From Bigelowiella natans CCMP2755 (lineage: Eukaryota > Protista > Cercozoa), in the NCBI GenBank assembly GCA_000320545.1, contig ADNK01000492.1, forward strand, positions 1 through 44,997: a stretch of 44,997 nt of DNA. Direction: 5' to 3'. The position numbers were made by a program, and so were the translations under genes. This document shows positions 38,941 through 44,997 of the stretch, in pieces. The notes under the pieces are model-generated. The model had not been told where the DNA came from and ran no database searches. It saw only the letters and a list, made by a program, of their open reading frames with translations. The stretch's first letter is position 1, and each line of letters begins with the position of its first letter.

Positions 38941-40325
38941 CAAGGAGGAGAAAGAAGAAGTACAAGCATAGAAGGAGAGTGATGTTATGAGCAATATTGA
39001 CCCCGTGTATGCATGATATTTCATTATCATTCTGCTCTCCCTCTCCTCTCCTCTCCGTTGTTATCAACACAGCTTCTGTTTTGTCCTGGAAAGCTGAACA
39101 ATGTTTGAAGAGCATGTTTCCACACACACACGCACACACTCAAACGTTGCAGCGAAAGACAACTATTTTGTTCTGCAACACGGCGAGGAACACTAGAAAA
39201 GGATCTTTTCCTTTCACGATTCGTAATTTGTGATGAAGAGTCGCTTCTCTTCTGTAATCTACCCTCGTCGTCTTCACGGCCTCCATGCCCTCGAGTTTCT
39301 TCTTCCCACCGCTGCGGAACCTCATCCACTACGTGGCAACAACAGAAAGACGATAAAGCTGACGAAAGGGACGAGGAAGGATGGGGCGGGGAGGAGGATG
39401 TAACGCATTGTAGATAATTCAGCTTCCGCTGCTAGTTCTTGTTCTGTAGTCCTCCTACCTGGTCCTCAGGTCGGATATTATCTTCCTGGAGTGCTTTCTC
39501 ATACCATTCTCGATCGAGCCACTCGTCAATCAGCTTGTACCTTCAACAACAACAACACGGATTCATTGGTTACGGTGAAATAACCTCTTAGAGGTTCCTT
39601 GATCACGGGTGTATTAATTACCAAGACTCCCCGCTCTGCATGGTCCACGCTGCAACCGAATCGCCTATTCAACGATTTCACATCGACATATGAATAAATA
39701 AAGGCTTTCCGATGCAAGCATATGGGACGGCATGGCTTGGCTTTGCCATGTTCCCTCCCCAAACGCGAAGAGCAGGAAACCATCATCACCCCATCGTCGC
39801 CGTAGTCGTCGTCGTCATCATCATCATCATCATCATCATCACTTTGATTATTCTCCTTGTCGACCTAGGTTGAGGAAATATATGTTGTTTTGAATCCCGA
39901 AGCACGCGCATAAGGTGCTGCCTTGCGTCATGAACTCGCTGCAAGAGGAGAGGAGGATTAATAATACCGGAAAAAGTGTGGTGATGGCACGTTAGTAGTA
40001 GCAGCAGTAGCAGGAGGAGGAGGACGCTGATACACACACTCTGGCTAGTCATCATCATTTTGATTCTACCAATTCTACATTAAGCTAATATCACAGCAAC
40101 TCCTGCTATTGCGTAACACTTACCTCTCACTGCCAACACCGCTACTACTACTACTACTACTTCTTAACACCATGGCTTGATATATGATTACCTTGAGATC
40201 TGCTTGATTTTCTCTCGAAAGTGGTCACGTAGGATCGAGGCCATCATCTCAGGGTAAATCTTGCTGCAAGGGGGGGGGGTAGCTGTATATGATATTGCCC
40301 CTTCCTTCCTTTTCTCTCTTTCACA

Positions 40326-40377
<52 letters not shown>

Positions 40378-40448
40378 TGCTGATCCTCTCAAAAGCAGCT
40401 GCCCACCATCATCGCTGTACAACTCCTGCTGCTACAAATACTACTTAG

Positions 40449-40482
<34 letters not shown>

Positions 40483-42490
40483 GTCTACCCTTTGGGAACA
40501 TCTATCTGCTCCACGATAGATTCGAAAGCTGTTGCTAATGTCCGCGAGCAATTGGAACCCCCATGCCCGTCCATGACCGCCGCGTATGATATGTTGACGC
40601 GCCTTCCTGCTGCACGCACGGCGCCGAACACGTGGCAGTCCTCGTGTCTACGGAGGAGGAGGGGGAGGAGGAGAGCGAGAGAAGGTGCAGGGGGGGGGGA
40701 GGGGGGGATAAGATGGCATGCGCGGAAAGTTTTAATGACACACGGCACATGATGATAGCAGCAGCAGCAGCAGCAGCTTACTATTATTACCTCGGTCTGC
40801 GGCCCTTGACGGAGCACTCGCTTGCGAGCGAAAACAGGGGCTTGATTCGGTTGGATCCTTTTGCTTGAAGAGAAGGGAATATTCTGCAGCAGCAGCAGCA
40901 GCAGCCGCGGGGGTTGGAAAGGGGAAGGGGGGGGGGGGAAGATGGGTGAGCATGATTTCGTCGTAGTCATCATCATTATCATCATCATCATCATCATCGG
41001 TGGGTAAGATGATGTTGGGAGAAGGACAATGCTTCGAATTGTACGACATCTTCTCCGCTCATCATCTGCTTATTATCTCTTTCTCGTGGTACACACGTCC
41101 TTCTCTGCGTCATCATCATCATCCCCCTCTTGTACTATTGATACCGTTCAAAAGCCTCTTCCTCCCTCGTTTGCTCCTCCACGGCTAATCGCAGCTCCTC
41201 AATCTGCTCGTTCATGACGTTTTCCTCCGCCATTTCGTGGTAGACTCGACGCTGCAGCTCGGTGAGTGTGTTGTCCCATGCCTCTCTCAACTCGTCACGC
41301 TACATCAGTGTCAACGACGCAAATGAGGAGGAGGAGGAGTATGGACGGCTATCTACACTCATCATCATCATCATCATCATGATTATGATTATAACTACTA
41401 GCAGTGAAAATTATACACATGAATAAGACAGAATGGATGCCGACGACTACAGTGATATTGATGATGGTACCTTGGTGGTTGTGAGAGGTACAGGCGAGTC
41501 TTTGACCGAGGCAGAAACAAACTCAGCAAAGGCAGCCTCCTCTGCGCTGTCGATACGAAGTGGCGTCCCTTCTTCTTCTTCTTCTTCTTCTCCTTCATCA
41601 TCTGCAGGATCATCTGGTAGCAGATTGTCACCTCTTTTTCCTCCCGCAGCAGCTGCACTCCACCCCATCTCATGCTGCCCCTCTGGGTCCCATACGCTTC
41701 CATCCTCAAGCCGAGCCACGTCACCGGAGAATGTATTTTCCGCAAGTTCCTGAGCTGTGATTTGCTCCAGGGGAGTCCATTCCCCGTCTTCATCTCCCAC
41801 ATCTTTTCCCATATCGTTGTTGTTGTTGTTGTTGATGCTGCTGCTTGTGACGCTCAGGAACCTTCGCCGCCTATAATTATCGAGAGCTTGATGATGTTGT
41901 TGGTACAAAATGGTAAGGAATGAATGATCTCTCTTGCCTCTCCCCGATCTCTGCCCTCATTTTGTATGTGCGAATATATCTGAATGTTGCCTTTCTTGCC
42001 CTCACCATGTTTGGCGTGGTATGCTCCGATCGATAAGCCGATTGCGTACGTTGAGGCCACCTATCACGGTCTCACCTCTTCCCTTCAGCACGGAATTACT
42101 TCGATGACTACTCCTGACCTGTTAGTTAGTGCAGTTGGTGATTCTTTGCTTTTCTCGGAGTTTGAGGGAGTCGAGGAAGAGTCTCATAGAGACCATCGAC
42201 TTTGTTCGTAACTGATTTTTTTTTTCCAATGCACGCACTACAGTAGATGGTGTCGTCGTTTAGGCAAGGAGAAAATATTGATTGGTTCTCACCAAAGCCG
42301 ATGGATGAAAACTAGGAACTCCGATCTTAAATACGGCGGTATTTTCGGTGGGAAAGTTGAGAATCATAAGAAGCGGGCAGACAAGGGCCAACATGAGTAG
42401 CATGTGGCGTGAAAAGGGGAGCGGGGAATGATGGAGACCCCTCTTGTCACACATTAGACCGCCCTGAGATACTTCTTTTACGTCTAGCAT
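37508..42490 (-). CDS. PP2C/PPM-family protein phosphatase with bipartite (signal plus transit-like) N-terminal extension
   Basis: Motifs in order: GRRPR|HED, VMDGHGG, GSTLC, NLG|DS, IHTP..RARIEHDGG..GRLNG|NLALARSVGD, MCDGLFE and SHDNLSV. The last exon ends SSGNM* (37508). N-terminus: MLLMLALVCPLLMIL, then an Arg/Ser-rich segment, then an acidic region. Confidence 0.88.
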
Positions 42491-43110
42491 TTGGGGTTGG
42501 AGTCAAGAGGGGAAGGAGCTCCAAGTGAAGGGGAGGATCAAGCACCTAACCTCCTTTCTACTGGCGACGACGGACGGCTGCGGCGTTCGTAGGCCCCCCT
42601 ATCGGATTGAATGAAGGTGAGTGCTCTACAGCTGTATATAGATAAACCCCCAGCCAGCGTCACTTTTCGCTTCTTCTTCTTCCCTCCAGCCAGCAGCCTC
42701 AAGAGTCAGGGAGGGTGTGAGAGCCGCGCTATTTTGTTCCGGATCAGAATCTCGGTCTTGTATCGGTTAAGCGAAGTAGCTAATAGGGTTCCGATCCGAG
42801 CATGTCGCAGGCCTAAAATCACCTACATTTCATCCTTTTCGATGTGCGATGTGGGCATCATCTCGCCTTCCGCCAGCGAAGACTAGAAAACTACGATGTT
42901 TTTCCTTGTGGAAGGCGCAGCCCTTTGTCTCTCCCTGTGGGTGTGGGCTAGGAGAGAGTGGTGCTGGAATGAAAAGATGTCGAAGTTTCATATATTTTAT
43001 CGATGTAATATCGTAAAATGTTGGTTTTTTTTATTGGATTGCTTGATCCAGAGCTAAAAGAGAGATACGACGAGTAGCCAGCCTCAGAGCTGTGGAACAG
43101 GAAAGGAGAG

Positions 43111-44504
43111 ATGTGGGTTCGCTCCCTCCCGCTCCTCCTCCTTGCTTTTGTATCCCCTCCAGAATACGTGGGCTGCTCTTGCAGGGCCGAAGCATCTAAT
43201 ATAGCGCCACCCATTGAATCTCCGAGCGATTCATCGCTGGAAATGATTGCCATCAAGGCAAGGCTAGTTAAGGTGAAGAGGAGGAGGAAACACGGAATAT
43301 TCCTGACGACTTGAAGTTCATGCATTCGTTGCTGCATAATTTTTCATCTTTTTTGCTCGCTCTTTCTCCTCCTCCTCCTTTTTCCCCTCCTCCCATACCT
43401 TAGCTCGAAGAGGAGTTGTTGAGGGTATCTCGTGCATTGAGGGAGCTCCAGTCTTCGTCTGATACACCATCACCTCGGGGGATGAAGGGCAGAAACAACA
43501 ACATCAACAACGATGATGTTGCAGAGCTCCTGTCGCTATTTCGATACAACACGAGGACAAATACTGTCGAGATTACTCGCGGAGCCAACCTTTGGCTTCA
43601 CTCTTCGTCGTCCTCCTCCCACTCCGCTTCGCAAGCAAGGAGGGGGCAGAGGGATTCAAGCTACTTGGCAGGGGGAAATCTTATAATAGGAAGCTCGCAT
43701 GACTATACTGACGCACTTGAGTCCGTAATAATCGGGAAGCGCAACGAGGTGAAAGGAGGCAGCCACTTCGTCAGTGGTTTTGGAAATATCGTTACGGGAT
43801 CAAACAGGTTAATAACGTCGTATTCATTCATTCCTGGAAGGCTTACGGCTGACATTTCATTATTATTGTTTTACGAACGGTGTTGTCATTTCGTTGTAAC
43901 ATCTCATCACCACCACCACTAATCGTCTCACCCTCAACTTGAAAAAACAGCATCCCTGATGGTACCACCTGACACATTTCCTTCTTTTTCCCGACTGTGC
44001 TGCATAGTTTCGCTGTGTCTACCTCTAGCGTGGTACGTGGTATAGGCGCTGTCTGTCTCGGAGGAGCAGCACACACTGTGACGGCCGATTTCGCCGTAGG
44101 CGTTGGGGGAAACGCTAATACTGCAAGCGGACCTTTCAGCATTGTGCTCGGCGGCAGTGATTCGAAGGCGAGCGGGGATTTCAGTGGTGTGCTCATAGGT
44201 GACAAGCATGAAACAACAGGGTATAAGGCCCTCGCAGCAGGAGGACAGCTCGGGATCGCGAGCGGCAATTTCTCCGTGGTGTTGGGGGGCTATTCTAGCC
44301 GAGCAAGTGGGTACGGCGGGTGGGTGGGGGGAGGTGAATGGAGCCATGCGGAAGGATGGTGGTCATCTGCTGGCATGGGGTACCAGAACAGAGCTCAAGG
44401 GTAATGATGATCATGATGACGATGTTGTTATGCTAGTGGAGATCGATCGGTTGATCATGGATGTTATGGAAGGAGAGTGAGTAACGAGATAGGTAGACAA
44501 AATG

Positions 44505-44540
<36 letters not shown>

Positions 44541-44836
44541 ATGCGGCCATCACTATTAAATACTGTCATGCTTTTCCTCCTCTTCCTCCTCCTCCTCCTT
44601 ATAACCTGGGAAGGTATCTCTCGATGGCACTCGGTGGAGAACATGTGTCTGTTACCGAGAGGAATGGGTACCGGGTCGGGGGTAGGGGTAAGATCGGTGG
44701 AGACAGCAACGACTACGGTGGCGGCAGTAACCACAAGAGCGGCAGCAATACAGATCAGCGTAACAGCCCTGATAAGCCGAGTGAGCTTCCAAGCGAGTAC
44801 TCGCCACGGGAGCTGAGGTGGGTTGGAGAGAAATAA
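43111..44836 (+). CDS. Secreted protein with coiled coil and YadA-head/Hep_Hag-like 14-15-aa Gly-rich repeats (may continue past 44817)
   Basis: Signal MWVRSLPLLLLAFV, coiled coil LEMIAIKARLVK|LEEELLRVSRALRELQ, VEITRGANLWL..GGNLIIG, then repeats AVCLGGAAHTVTADF / AVGVGGNANTASGPF / SIVLGGSDSKASGDF / SVVLGGYSSRASGYG. Confidence 0.75.
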
Positions 44837-44892
44837 GATATCGTAGTAAAACAGTATTTGTTTAGAGGCATCAAGGGAATTGAAGAACAGAG

Positions 44893-44934
<42 letters not shown>

Positions 44935-44997
44935 CTGTCCATGAGTGGAGGAGGAGGAGGAGGAGGAGGAAGAAGAAGAAGAAGAAGAGACTCTCTA

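Overview
Gene-dense, intron-rich eukaryotic nuclear DNA in the standard code with GT-AG introns, from a flagellated protist. NPHP4 is present. Signal-peptide plus transit-peptide-like leaders tentatively suggest an alga with a complex plastid, such as a chlorarachniophyte (inference only). Manual exon stitching gives 11 protein-coding genes: an N-myristoylated helical-repeat protein (-, runs off the left edge), NPHP4 (+), an alpha/beta hydrolase (-), a DEP-domain protein (+), a PhyH-family 2OG-Fe(II) dioxygenase with a zinc-ribbon-like motif (+), an unknown 4-TM protein (-), a secreted DUF3405-like protein (+), JMJD6 (-), a mitochondrial i-AAA FtsH/YME1 protease (+), a PP2C with a bipartite leader (-) and a secreted YadA-head-like beta-roll protein (+). 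Genes alternate strand almost perfectly. Head-to-head spacers are short (0.23-0.69 kb). Tail-to-tail spacers (0.6-1.4 kb) are packed with CTAG/GCATGC-type palindromes, and two of them carry a ~70-bp repeat next to (TA)n. The one exception to alternation is DEP followed by PhyH, with only ~30-40 nt between them, which suggests one transcription unit. Microsatellites are dense in introns, often start at the splice site, and are depleted near 5' ends. No rRNA, tRNA, CRISPR or autonomous transposon was recognised. Exon boundaries were read by eye and need RNA-seq confirmation.
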